NCBI GenBank assembly: GCA_043748865.1
Contig: JAYTNA010000065.1
Span: forward strand, 1-40,720
Source of the DNA: Saprospiraceae bacterium
GTDB taxonomy: Bacteria > Bacteroidota > Bacteroidia > Chitinophagales > Saprospiraceae
Direction: 5' to 3'
Length of the DNA stretch: 40,720 nt
The notes below the pieces were generated by a model. That model searched no databases and was not told the origin of the DNA. It saw only the letters and a list, made by a program, of their open reading frames with translations. How positions within the stretch are numbered: position 1 is the first letter of the stretch; each line of letters begins with the position of its first letter. Positions 7,745 through 21,131 of this stretch are shown in pieces. A program made the position numbers and the translations under genes.

Positions 7745-8734
7745 ATGACTACAGTAAAGAAAATAAAACGCATTGCAGTATTTACTTCCGGCGGAGATGC
7801 GCCCGGTATGAATGCAGCTATCAGAGCAGTAGTACGCACCGGCACCTATCATGGTTTACACGTGTACGGCATTGAACGCGGTTATGAGGGAATGATAAAC
7901 GGAAAAATAAAAAGGTTAGAAACAAATGATGTCGGTAATATCATTCATCGCGGCGGTACTATGCTGAAAACAGCGCGTTCGAAAGAGTTTATGACACCGG
8001 AAGGCAGAGCAAAAGCACATGAAGTTTTGAAAGCCAATGATATTGATGCGTGTATAGCCATCGGCGGGAATGGTACTTTTACCGGTGCCGATATTTTTTC
8101 GAAAGAATACGGTATGCCATTTATCGGCGTTCCCGGTACGATTGATAATGATTTATACGGTTCTGATTTAACCATCGGTTTTGATACGGCAATTAATACG
8201 GCAATGGAAGCCGCCGATAAAATTCGAGATACCGCCGACTCACACAACCGTTTATTTATTATCGAAGTGATGGGTCGCCATGCCGGTTTTATTGCTTTAC
8301 ATTCTGCCATCGGAAGCGGAGCAGGCGGTGTTTTAATTCCGGAAAGACCCGATGCTTTAGAAAATTTGATCGAAAATTTAAAAAAATCGGCTAAACGCGG
8401 CAAACATTTCAGTTTGGTAGTTGTAGCAGAAGGTAATCAATACGGCGGAGCAGATGCAGTTGCAAAAAAAATAAAAGAAAATTTTGATTACTACGACACC
8501 AAAATAGCTATCATCGGACACTTACAACGCGGCGGTTCTCCAACTTGTATTGATCGCGTTTTAGCTAGTCGTCTCGGTTATGAGGCTGTTGAAGTATTAC
8601 TTCGCGGCGAACAAAATGTGATGGTGGGTATTTTGAATAATCAAATTGAACTCACACCTTTACACGATGCGATTACAAAACACAAAGAAGTAAATAGCGA
8701 ACTTTTGCGCATGGCGCATATTTTAGCACTTTGA
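7745..8734 (+). CDS. pfkA: ATP-dependent 6-phosphofructokinase
   Basis: RIAVFTSGGDAPGMNAAIRAVVR, GGNGTF, PGTIDND, MGRHAGFIAL, GHLQRGG. Full length at 329 aa; TGA stop at the expected C-terminus. Confidence 0.95.
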   Translation: MTTVKKIKRIAVFTSGGDAPGMNAAIRAVVRTGTYHGLHVYGIERGYEGMINGKIKRLETNDVGNIIHRGGTMLKTARSKEFMTPEGRAKAHEVLKANDIDACIAIGGNGTFTGADIFSKEYGMPFIGVPGTIDNDLYGSDLTIGFDTAINTAMEAADKIRDTADSHNRLFIIEVMGRHAGFIALHSAIGSGAGGVLIPERPDALENLIENLKKSAKRGKHFSLVVVAEGNQYGGADAVAKKIKENFDYYDTKIAIIGHLQRGGSPTCIDRVLASRLGYEAVEVLLRGEQNVMVGILNNQIELTPLHDAITKHKEVNSELLRMAHILAL

Positions 8735-8795
8735 TTTATAAGTTAAGTAATTACCATAATTCATTTTTCATTATTTATAACCAACCTAATTTTTT

Positions 8796-10295
8796 ATGAA
8801 AACTACTAACATCCTTTTATGGTTGTGCTTGCTTTTGGTGTCATTAAATATGCCAGCGCAAAACAAAATCGGTATTTTCGATATCAATGAAGATATTGGT
8901 AAACCCGTTATTAAAGGCACCGCATCGTTCAATGAAGCAACACAAGAGTATACGATTGCCGGTGCCGGTTCAACGATGTGGTACAATGCCGATCAATTTC
9001 ATTTTCTTGCGAAAAAAATCACGGGTGATTTTACAGTTTCTGCAACCGTTCGATTTGTTGGTACAGGTGTTGAAGCACATCGCAAAATCGGTATCATGGC
9101 AAGAAATGCGCTGACCGGTAATTCTGCTTACGCCGATGCTTGCGAACACGGCAACGACTTAACGTCGTTACAATTTAGAACGACGGATACAAGCGGAACA
9201 GATGAAGTGGTGATTTCGTCTTTTCATCCTACTGAAATTGAATTACAGCGGATTGGTAATAAATTTATTTTTTCTGCCGCCACTTTCGGCGAAAATTACA
9301 AATCGGTCAGTAAAGAAATAAATTTGAACGATGAAGTATATGCGGGCTTTTTCATCTGTTCGCACAATGAAAAAGTTTTAGAAAAAGCTATTTTCAGTAA
9401 CGTGCGAATTACTATTCCGCCGCAAAAAAATTACAAACCCGGACAAGATTATATCGGCAGTCATCTCGAAATTATGAATGTTGAAACAGGTGTAAGAAAG
9501 ATAATTTACTCGGTACCTAATTCCATTCAAGCTCCGAATTGGACAAAAGACGGCAAGACCTTGGTATTTAATTCAGAAGGTAAAATTTTTAGTTTCGATT
9601 TAACAAAAAATACTGTCACGCAATTGAACACCGGCACAGTCATAAATAATAATAACGATCATGTGCTGTCGTTTGACGGGAAAAGATTGGGATTAAGTAG
9701 TTTTGAAAGCGCAAAAAGAACTTCTACCATATTGACAGTACCGATTGACGGTTCCGAAACTCCTACGATTATTTCATCCGTTGATTCCGGACATTCTTAT
9801 TTGCATGGTTGGTCGCCTGACGGAAAAAAATTGGTTTTTACCGGCGAACGCAACAAACAATTTAATATTTACGCTATTGACATCGCTACGAAAAAAGAAA
9901 CCCGATTGACAAATTTTCCGACACTTAGTGACGGTCCCGAATATACACCGGACGGAAAATATATTTATTTCAATTCGGTGCGCACCGGTACAATGAAAAT
10001 TTGGCGCATGCAACCGGATGGCAGCGCACAAGAGCAAATAAGTTTTGATGAGTATAACGATTGGTTTCCGCATATTTCACCCAACGGTAAGCAAATTGTA
10101 TATTTATCGTTTCCGAAAGAAATTAATCCTTCAGCACATCCTTGGTATCAAAAAGTCTATCTCCGATTAATGCCATCCGCCGGCGGTGTACCAAGAACTA
10201 TTGCTTATTTATTTGGTGGACAAGGTACTATTAATGTGCCGTCGTGGTCACCGGACAATAAATATATTGCATTTGTGAGCAATACAAAATTATAA
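8796..10295 (+). CDS. Secreted TolB-like beta-propeller (PD40 repeat) protein with an N-terminal jelly-roll-like domain
   Basis: Signal peptide (LLWLCLLLVSLNMPAQ). C-terminal repeats of type WSPDGKKLVF, YTPDGKYIYF, ISPNGKQIVY and WSPDNKYIAF are typical of PD40/TolB propellers. Confidence 0.75.
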   Translation: MKTTNILLWLCLLLVSLNMPAQNKIGIFDINEDIGKPVIKGTASFNEATQEYTIAGAGSTMWYNADQFHFLAKKITGDFTVSATVRFVGTGVEAHRKIGIMARNALTGNSAYADACEHGNDLTSLQFRTTDTSGTDEVVISSFHPTEIELQRIGNKFIFSAATFGENYKSVSKEINLNDEVYAGFFICSHNEKVLEKAIFSNVRITIPPQKNYKPGQDYIGSHLEIMNVETGVRKIIYSVPNSIQAPNWTKDGKTLVFNSEGKIFSFDLTKNTVTQLNTGTVINNNNDHVLSFDGKRLGLSSFESAKRTSTILTVPIDGSETPTIISSVDSGHSYLHGWSPDGKKLVFTGERNKQFNIYAIDIATKKETRLTNFPTLSDGPEYTPDGKYIYFNSVRTGTMKIWRMQPDGSAQEQISFDEYNDWFPHISPNGKQIVYLSFPKEINPSAHPWYQKVYLRLMPSAGGVPRTIAYLFGGQGTINVPSWSPDNKYIAFVSNTKL

Positions 10296-10489
10296 GAAAT
10301 GATAAAGAGATAAGTTCTCCCGGTAGGGTTAATTATTTTTTTGCCGGAATGCTTATCTTTTAAGGAGAATATCGGGTAATATTTAACGCAAAAGATAAGG
10401 ATTATGAACATAAAAGAATAAGGCTAACGGTGGAACTTATTTCTTTCTCATTCCTTACATTAAGATTAAAAAAAAATGACAAAAAAAGA

Positions 10490-10518
10490 TTGGCTTTTCA
10501 ATTCTTTTACTATTTTTG
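10490..10518 (+). promoter_or_regulatory. Candidate Bacteroidetes-type promoter for the susC-like gene
   Basis: TTG (10490-10492), 18 nt spacer, then TATTTTTG (10511-10518). This matches the TTTG / TAnnTTTG (-33/-7) architecture described for Bacteroides. It lies about 75 nt upstream of the ATG. Pattern match only. Confidence 0.3.
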
Positions 10519-10592
10519 TCCTGAATAAATTATGTGGCATTCGAAATTAATATTTTTTAAATAATCATTTTTTCATCAACCAAACTAACTGT

Positions 10593-13500
10593 ATGGAATT
10601 CAAATCCAACTTGAATTTAAAGGGAATAATAGTAAGTGTACTATTTCTCTTTCTCGGTCTCGTGTCAGGTTTTGCGCAACGTACCGTCACCGGTACGATT
10701 AGCGGAACAGACGGACCGATTATCGGTGCGAGTATCGTTGTAAAAGGTACAACAAGTGGTACCGTGACCGACGAAAACGGTAATTTTTCTTTAACAACTA
10801 AAGAAAGTAATCCGACACTCATTGTTTCTGCATTGAGTTATTCGACACAACAAATTGTAGTAGACGGCGCAACATCTGCTTACAATGTTTCTATGAAAGA
10901 AGACATTTCTCAACTCAGTGAGGTCGTCGTATCAGGTTACTACAACGAAACTAAACGCCAAACTACGGGTTCGGTATCTACAGTCAAATCGAAAGATTTA
11001 ACTGCTGTACCAACAAGTAACGTTGAGCAACAATTACAAGGTAAAGTTGCGGGTGTGACGGTAATCACAAGTGGTCAACCCGGTTCTTCAAGTATTATTC
11101 GTGTACGCGGTTTCGGTTCATTTGGTGGTAACAGTCCACTTTTTGTAGTGGATGGAGTACCCACCGGTAACATAGATTTTTTAAATCCGGACGATATTGA
11201 GTCAACAACTGTATTAAAAGATGCGGGTGCTGCTTCTATTTACGGTGTACGTTCCGCACCGGGTGTAATTGTATTCACGACTAAACACGCGAAAAAATCG
11301 GAGCGTAAATTATCTGTCTCCTATGACGCTATTTTCGGTGTCACTTCTCCCGGTACTGCACCCGGTATTTTAAATCCGCAAGAACAAGCAGATTGGACTT
11401 TTATTGCACAAAAAAATGCGGGTCAAGTACCAAGCCATCCGCAATATGGTTCAGGTGCTACTGCCGTATTACCGGATTATATTAATGTAGGCGGAAGATC
11501 AGGTGTTATAGGTACAGTTGATTTGGCTGCCGAGAAATTGAAATACAATGTTGATCCTGCAGCCGGTGCAGCATATCAAGTTGTAAAAGCGAATAAAGCG
11601 GGTACTGACTGGTATGGTGCTGTTACGCGCAACGCACCTATAATGCGCCAAAACCTTGGTTTTTCCGGTGCTACCGAAAGCAGCCGTTACTATATTGGTT
11701 TGGGCATGCAAAACCAAGCGGGTATTTTATTGAATAACGATTTTAGTCGTTATAATGCGCGCATCAATACCGAATTTGACATTTTTAAAGGTTTCCGTAT
11801 CGGTGAAAATTTGCAATTGACATACCTTAATGCTTCAGGACAAACCGGTGGCAGTGGTGGTATTGGTGCTGCGGGTGAAGAAAATGATATTCTATCAGCT
11901 TTCCGTATGCCTTCTATCATTCCGATTTACGATGAATTTGGTGGTTATGCAGGAACGGCTGCGAAAGGGTTTAACAACCCAAGAAATCCGGTGGCTGCTC
12001 GTGATGGGCTTAAAAACAATTCTCAATATTCCATCAATACTTTCGGTAATATTTATGCTGAACTCGATATCCTTCCCGGATTAACGCTACGCACAAGTAT
12101 GGGTGGCAGACATTACGATTTCGCCTATAATGGTACATCGCGTTTATCTTATGAAAACTCTGAAAACAATTCAAGTTTCGGTGTTTTCGAAGGTGCAGGA
12201 CATGGAACGGACTGGGTATTAACCAATACCGCAAATTACAAGAAAACATTCGGTGTTCATACTTTTGATGTTTTGGTGGGTCAAGAAGCCATAACTCAAA
12301 ATATTAGCAGATCTATTGCAGGTAACGGTATAAATCCGTTTTCAACCGATAATGTTTATGTAACGCTCAATACAGTATCCTCAGTTGGTAAAACGGTTGG
12401 CAGTAATTTATCCACGCCTTATACTTTTTCTTCATTCTTTGGACGTATTAATTACGGTTTTAACGATAAATATTATTTAACGGCTTTAGTACGTCGCGAC
12501 GGTTCCTCAGTTTTCGGTCCGGATACGCGTTACGGTATATTTCCGGCATTCTCTGCGGCTTGGCGCGTAACGGGCGAAGATTTTGCAAAAAACAGCTCTT
12601 GGTTGTCTGATCTTAAAATTCGCGGCGGTTGGGGTAGAATGGGTAATATAAACAATACTTCACCAACTAATCAATACAGTTTGTATGCTCAAAGTGTCGG
12701 TAATTCGTCTTATGATATTAACGGTTCAAAAACAAGTGCGACGGGTGGTTTCTATAGAAATGCTATTGGTAATCCGAATGGTAAATGGGAAACTGCTACG
12801 ACTACAAACATAGGTTTTGATGCGTCTCTTTTCAAAAATAAATTAGAAGTTATTTTTGATTTGTGGCAAAAACAAACGGACGACTTGCTTTTCCAAGTTG
12901 GCATTCCGGATGTGGTAGGTAGTTATGCTAATGCTCCTTCTGTTAATATTGCTACGATGTTGAATAAAGGTGTAGATATTCAAATCATCAATCGCGGTAA
13001 CATTGCAAAAGATTGGAGCTACGAAGCAAATTTAACAGCCGGTTTATTAGAAAATACAATTACAAAAGAAGCACCGCCTCAAACTTATTTTGATGCCGGC
13101 GGTACGCGAAACGGAAATGCGATACGTAATGCAGTTGGTCAAGGATTATCTACTTTCTTTGGTTATCAAGTTCAAAGTATTTTCCAATCAAAAGCAGAAG
13201 TGGATGCAGCACCGGCACAATCCGGCAAAGGCGTTGGTCGTTTTAGATATGCCGATGTAAATGGTGACGGCGTAATTGATGATAAAGACCGTACTTTCAT
13301 TGGCAGCCCTATACCTAAATTTTTAGGGGGATTGAATTTGAAATTAACTTTTAAAGATGTTTCAATAGAAACATACCTCTACACGTCCTTAGGTAATAAA
13401 ATTTATAATTTCTCTAAATGGTTCACGGATTTTTACGCTACATTCCCGGGTGCAGCAATTAGTTCTCGCGTTAAAACGGATACTTGGACGCCTACTAATA

Positions 13501-13817
13501 CCGGTGCTACAACACCTATTTTTGAAAATGTTGCTAATAATAGTACCAGTGGCGTAGCGAACTCATTTTATGTTGAAGACGGTTCTTATTTAAGAATGCA
13601 AAACATTTCATTGAGTTATCAATTGCCGCAAACTATGATTAAAGGCATATTGAAAAGAGCAAAAATTTATGCTTCTGTCAATAATATCTTTACCATCACT
13701 AAATATAAAGGTTTAGATCCGGGTGTTGGTGGTGCGGCTGATACAAACTTTGGTATTGATATCGGTAACTATCCGGTAACAAGATCTTACACTTTTGGTG
13801 TGAGTGTTGGGTTCTAA
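10593..13817 (+). CDS. SusC/RagA-family TonB-dependent outer-membrane transporter
   Basis: 1074 aa with a signal peptide, a carboxypeptidase-regulatory-like domain (TVTGTISGTDGPIIGASIVVKGTTSGTVTDENGNFSL), a plug domain (SEVVVSGY..., TVLKDAGAASIYG) and a C-terminal aromatic residue (VSVGF). Confidence 0.95.
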   Translation: MEFKSNLNLKGIIVSVLFLFLGLVSGFAQRTVTGTISGTDGPIIGASIVVKGTTSGTVTDENGNFSLTTKESNPTLIVSALSYSTQQIVVDGATSAYNVSMKEDISQLSEVVVSGYYNETKRQTTGSVSTVKSKDLTAVPTSNVEQQLQGKVAGVTVITSGQPGSSSIIRVRGFGSFGGNSPLFVVDGVPTGNIDFLNPDDIESTTVLKDAGAASIYGVRSAPGVIVFTTKHAKKSERKLSVSYDAIFGVTSPGTAPGILNPQEQADWTFIAQKNAGQVPSHPQYGSGATAVLPDYINVGGRSGVIGTVDLAAEKLKYNVDPAAGAAYQVVKANKAGTDWYGAVTRNAPIMRQNLGFSGATESSRYYIGLGMQNQAGILLNNDFSRYNARINTEFDIFKGFRIGENLQLTYLNASGQTGGSGGIGAAGEENDILSAFRMPSIIPIYDEFGGYAGTAAKGFNNPRNPVAARDGLKNNSQYSINTFGNIYAELDILPGLTLRTSMGGRHYDFAYNGTSRLSYENSENNSSFGVFEGAGHGTDWVLTNTANYKKTFGVHTFDVLVGQEAITQNISRSIAGNGINPFSTDNVYVTLNTVSSVGKTVGSNLSTPYTFSSFFGRINYGFNDKYYLTALVRRDGSSVFGPDTRYGIFPAFSAAWRVTGEDFAKNSSWLSDLKIRGGWGRMGNINNTSPTNQYSLYAQSVGNSSYDINGSKTSATGGFYRNAIGNPNGKWETATTTNIGFDASLFKNKLEVIFDLWQKQTDDLLFQVGIPDVVGSYANAPSVNIATMLNKGVDIQIINRGNIAKDWSYEANLTAGLLENTITKEAPPQTYFDAGGTRNGNAIRNAVGQGLSTFFGYQVQSIFQSKAEVDAAPAQSGKGVGRFRYADVNGDGVIDDKDRTFIGSPIPKFLGGLNLKLTFKDVSIETYLYTSLGNKIYNFSKWFTDFYATFPGAAISSRVKTDTWTPTNTGATTPIFENVANNSTSGVANSFYVEDGSYLRMQNISLSYQLPQTMIKGILKRAKIYASVNNIFTITKYKGLDPGVGGAADTNFGIDIGNYPVTRSYTFGVSVGF

Positions 13818-13922
13818 AAGAATTAAAAAATTTAAAACATTTTTATTCTTAATTCTTAAATTGTTTCTTTTATGTCAACTATTTTGATTTTATTTTGTTT
13901 GAAATCAAATTATCAGTAATAA

Positions 13923-14000
13923 ATTAGTCAATTAGTCGGATAGTCAGTTAGTGAAATTGTGAGTTAATTTATTTTGACTAACTGACTAACCGACTAATTG
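13923..14000. repeat. Heptamer-word hairpin (tagtcag family) between susC-like and susD-like genes
   Basis: Left arm attagtcaattagtcggatagtcagttagt; right arm gactaaactgactaaccgactaatt. The arms are largely complementary, with a loop of about 23 nt. Confidence 0.8.
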
Positions 14001-14042
14001 GCTAAAAAAATTTTCTTAAAATTTTTTAATAATTATTCATCA

Positions 14043-15788
14043 ATGAAAAAAATATTTAAAAACAAGCTATTAGTTTTTAGCGTCGTGCTGTCATCCATGA
14101 TACTGGTTTTTGCTTGTAAAGACAGCTTTTTAGAAGTTCCGCCCGCAGGACAATTAAGCGGCGGACAATTAGTAACAAAAGCGGGTATTGAAGGTTTACT
14201 TATCGGTTCTTATTCCTTGATAAATGGTAGAGGTACGTGGTATAGCAGTTCTTTCAACTGGGTACAAGGGGGCGTATTAGGTGGTGATGCCAATAAAGGT
14301 TCAAATAATGGTGACCAACAAGGTCTGCAACCTATTGAACGGTTTGAAGTAACACCTACAAATTTTGAATCAGGTTCGAAATGGAAAGCATGTTATGAAG
14401 GCATTAGTCGTTGTAATCAAGTATTACAGTATTTGGCTAAAGCGGACGCAAGTGTTTCTGCTGCCGATAAACAACGCATATCTGGTGAAGCGCGTTTTTT
14501 ACGTGGTCATTATTACTTTGAATTGAAAAAAGTATATAATAATACACCTTATGTGGATGAAACGCTTGACTATGGTACAGGTATAGAAAAGGTTCCAAAC
14601 AATGTAGATTTATGGCCTAAAATTGAAGCAGATTTTAAATATGCCGGCGACAATTTACCTGAAACTCAATCTGCTGCCGGTAGAGCAAACAGTTGGGCTG
14701 CAAAAACTTATTTAGCAAAAACGTTGCTTTATCAGAAAAAATTTGCGGATGCTAAAACACTTTTTACGACTGTAATCGCATCGGGTCAAACTACTAACGG
14801 AAAAAAATATGCTTTGGTAGCCAACTTTACTAACGAATTTAATGCGTCATTTAGTAACAGTTCCGAATCTGTATTTGCCAATCAAGCAGCTGCTAATACC
14901 GGTTCAACTAACAATGCAAACAATGATTTCGTTTTGAATTTTCCTTACAACACAGGTGCAAATGGTCCGGGAGGGTGTTGCGGGTTTAATCAACCGAGTT
15001 TCGATTTGGTTAACTCTTATCGCACAGATGCTAAAGGTTTACCCTTATTAGACGGTTCGTATAATTTACCGACTAATGCCGTTAAAAATGATCAAAATCT
15101 CCTTTCTAAAGATCCATTTACACCGGATGCCGGCAATTTGGATCCGCGTTTAGACTTTTCAGTAGGTCGTCGCGGTATTCCTTATTTAGATTGGCAAGAC
15201 CATCCGGGACAAGATTGGATTCGCGATCAAGCTTTCTCAGGTCCTTATGCGCCGAAAAAATTTGTGTACTATAAATCTCAAACAGGTACTTTAACGGACG
15301 GTAGCTCATGGACTCCTGGTTATACTGCCGTCAATTACGATGTCATTCGCTTTGCCGATGTGCTTTTAATGGCTGCTGAATGTGAAGTTGAAGTCGGCAG
15401 TTTAGAAACCGCACGTGCGTATGTTAATACTGTGCGTAAACGTGCTGCTAATCCGGCTGCTTTTGTAAGTAAAAATGGTAAAGCGGCTGCTAATTACGTC
15501 ATCGGCACTTATGATACACCTTTTACAGACCAATCTGTAGCACGTAACGCTGTGCGTTTTGAACGTCGCTTAGAATTGTCCGGTGAAGGTCAACGTTTCT
15601 TCGATTTAGTGCGTTGGGGTGTTGCTGCTCAAGTTGTAAATGCTTATTTACAATTTGAAGGTAAAATTTTATCTAACCAATTAGGCGGTACTAATTTCAC
15701 AGCCGGTAAAAACGAATATCTTCCGATACCTCAAGCTCAAATTGACTTGCAAGGGTCGGATATTTTGAAACAAAATCCGGGATACTAA
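14043..15788 (+). CDS. SusD/RagB-family nutrient-binding outer-membrane lipoprotein
   Basis: Starting at the internal Met gives MKKIFKNKLLVFSVVLSSMILVFAC, a lipoprotein signal with a lipobox Cys. SusD-like TPR region (EARFLRGHYYFEL, FERRLELSGEGQRFFDLVRWG). The track start at 13998 reads through the upstream repeat. Coordinate derived from the ORF-track arithmetic. Confidence 0.9.
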   Translation: MKKIFKNKLLVFSVVLSSMILVFACKDSFLEVPPAGQLSGGQLVTKAGIEGLLIGSYSLINGRGTWYSSSFNWVQGGVLGGDANKGSNNGDQQGLQPIERFEVTPTNFESGSKWKACYEGISRCNQVLQYLAKADASVSAADKQRISGEARFLRGHYYFELKKVYNNTPYVDETLDYGTGIEKVPNNVDLWPKIEADFKYAGDNLPETQSAAGRANSWAAKTYLAKTLLYQKKFADAKTLFTTVIASGQTTNGKKYALVANFTNEFNASFSNSSESVFANQAAANTGSTNNANNDFVLNFPYNTGANGPGGCCGFNQPSFDLVNSYRTDAKGLPLLDGSYNLPTNAVKNDQNLLSKDPFTPDAGNLDPRLDFSVGRRGIPYLDWQDHPGQDWIRDQAFSGPYAPKKFVYYKSQTGTLTDGSSWTPGYTAVNYDVIRFADVLLMAAECEVEVGSLETARAYVNTVRKRAANPAAFVSKNGKAAANYVIGTYDTPFTDQSVARNAVRFERRLELSGEGQRFFDLVRWGVAAQVVNAYLQFEGKILSNQLGGTNFTAGKNEYLPIPQAQIDLQGSDILKQNPGY

Positions 15789-15790
15789 TT

Positions 15791-15877
15791 TAATGGTTAA
15801 TGGTTAATGGTTAGTTGTTAATTTTTATAATTAACCGGTAACCATTAACAACTAACCATTATAAAAGACTTTTTTTC
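15791..15877 (+). repeat. Heptamer-word hairpin (taatggt/tagttgt family) with a following T-run; probable susD terminator
   Basis: Left arm taatggttaatggttaatggttagttgttaat (15791-15822). Right arm attaaccggtaaccattaacaactaaccatta (15830-15861). Then ...gacttttttt. Confidence 0.8.
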
Positions 15878-15907
15878 ATACATTTTAGTAATTTTTGAGG
15901 CAAGCAA

Positions 15908-16072
15908 TAATAGTTGTTAGTTGTTAGTTGTTAGTTGTTAATTTTATTATTGACTATTAATAATTATTCATTAAGAATTATTCATTGTTTGCCTTTTTTT
16001 ATTTCATAAAGTTTAATTTTACGGTTTCAAGAGAAAATTATTTCGACTCACAATTAATAACTAACAACTATT
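15908..16072. repeat. Tandem heptamer (tagttgt x4) with a distant inverted partner abutting the adh start codon
   Basis: tagttgt x4 occupies 15911-15938. The complementary attaataactaacaactatt occupies 16053-16072 and ends one nt before the ATG at 16073. Confidence 0.7.
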
Positions 16073-17116
16073 ATGACACCTGCAAAAGCTTACGCAGCAT
16101 TTAGTCCGACAGAAGATTTAAAACCATGGGATTTTACGCGCCGCCAAGTAGGCGCACACGATGTTCAATTTGATATTATGTACTGCGGCGTGTGTCACTC
16201 CGATTTACATCAAATTAGAAGTGAATGGTTTCCCGGTACTTATCCGATGGTTCCGGGTCATGAAATAGTAGGGCGCGTTACAAAAGTCGGTTCGCACGTA
16301 AAAAAATTTAAAGCCGGTGATTTAGCGGCTGTCGGTGTTTTAGTTGATTCTTGTCGCACTTGCCCGAATTGTAACAACGGATTGGAACAGTATTGCGAAA
16401 ATGGCAACTCGGGTACTTACAACGCTTTAGAACAAGATAAAAAAACACCCACTTACGGCGGCTATTCCAATGTGATTGTTACGCATGAAGATTTTGTTTT
16501 TAAAATTTCAGATAAATTATCTTTACCCGGTATTGCACCTTTGTTATGCGCAGGCATTACAACTTATTCGCCGTTGCGTCATTGGAAAATCGGTAAAGGA
16601 CATAAAGTTGCAGTTTTGGGTCTCGGTGGTTTAGGGCACATGGCAGTTAAATTTGCCGTAGCTTTTGGTGCGGAAGTCACGATGTTGAGTACATCGCCTT
16701 CAAAAGAAGCAGATGCACAACGTCTCGGGGCGCATCATTTTGTTTTAACTTCCGATAAAGCACAAGTAGCCGCCTGCAAAAATAGTTTCGATTTTATTAT
16801 TGATACTGTTTCAGCAGAGCATGATTATAATCAATATCTGAAATTATTGAAAACAAACGGTGTGCATATTTGCGTCGGTATTCCGCCGACACCTTTGCAA
16901 ATTGCCGGTTTCAGTTTACTTAACGGCAGAAAAAGTTTGGCAGGTTCTTCTATCGGCGGTTTGCCGGAAACGCAAGAAATGCTCGATTTTTGCGCCGAAC
17001 ACAATATCGTTGCAGATATTGAACTCATTAATATCAAAGATATTCACGCTGCCTATGACCGTATGTTGAAAGGCGATGTGAAATATCGTTTTGTTATTGA
17101 TATGGCAACATTGTAA
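16073..17116 (+). CDS. Zinc-dependent NAD(P) alcohol dehydrogenase (cinnamyl-alcohol dehydrogenase / YahK-like)
   Basis: GVCHSDLH and GHEIVG catalytic-zinc motifs. Structural zinc cysteines CRTCPNCNNGLEQYC. GLGGLGH Rossmann motif. Confidence 0.92.
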   Translation: MTPAKAYAAFSPTEDLKPWDFTRRQVGAHDVQFDIMYCGVCHSDLHQIRSEWFPGTYPMVPGHEIVGRVTKVGSHVKKFKAGDLAAVGVLVDSCRTCPNCNNGLEQYCENGNSGTYNALEQDKKTPTYGGYSNVIVTHEDFVFKISDKLSLPGIAPLLCAGITTYSPLRHWKIGKGHKVAVLGLGGLGHMAVKFAVAFGAEVTMLSTSPSKEADAQRLGAHHFVLTSDKAQVAACKNSFDFIIDTVSAEHDYNQYLKLLKTNGVHICVGIPPTPLQIAGFSLLNGRKSLAGSSIGGLPETQEMLDFCAEHNIVADIELINIKDIHAAYDRMLKGDVKYRFVIDMATL

Positions 17117-17118
17117 TT

Positions 17119-21021
<3,903 letters not shown>

Positions 21022-21131
21022 TTTTTTAAGGATATTGAGATAAAAAACAGCAAGGAATAAACCGGAATATTTTAAATTGATAACTTAATTATACACTCTC
21101 GTAATTTTTCCTAACATCAAATACAAAGAGA

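Noticed and set aside
13998-14042. Extended N-termini proposed by the ORF track for the SusD-like gene (13998), the haloperoxidase-like gene (23883) and ftsH (37548).
   Set aside because: In each case an internal Met gives a proper lipoprotein signal or a typical FtsH N-terminus. For the SusD-like gene and ftsH, the extension is read through a heptamer repeat arm. For the haloperoxidase-like gene, the extension only adds a Cys-rich non-signal leader.
15911-15938. Checked whether the tandem and inverted short repeats could be CRISPR arrays.
   Set aside because: The repeat period is 7 nt with no unique spacers, each array has only 4-6 units, and no cas genes are present.
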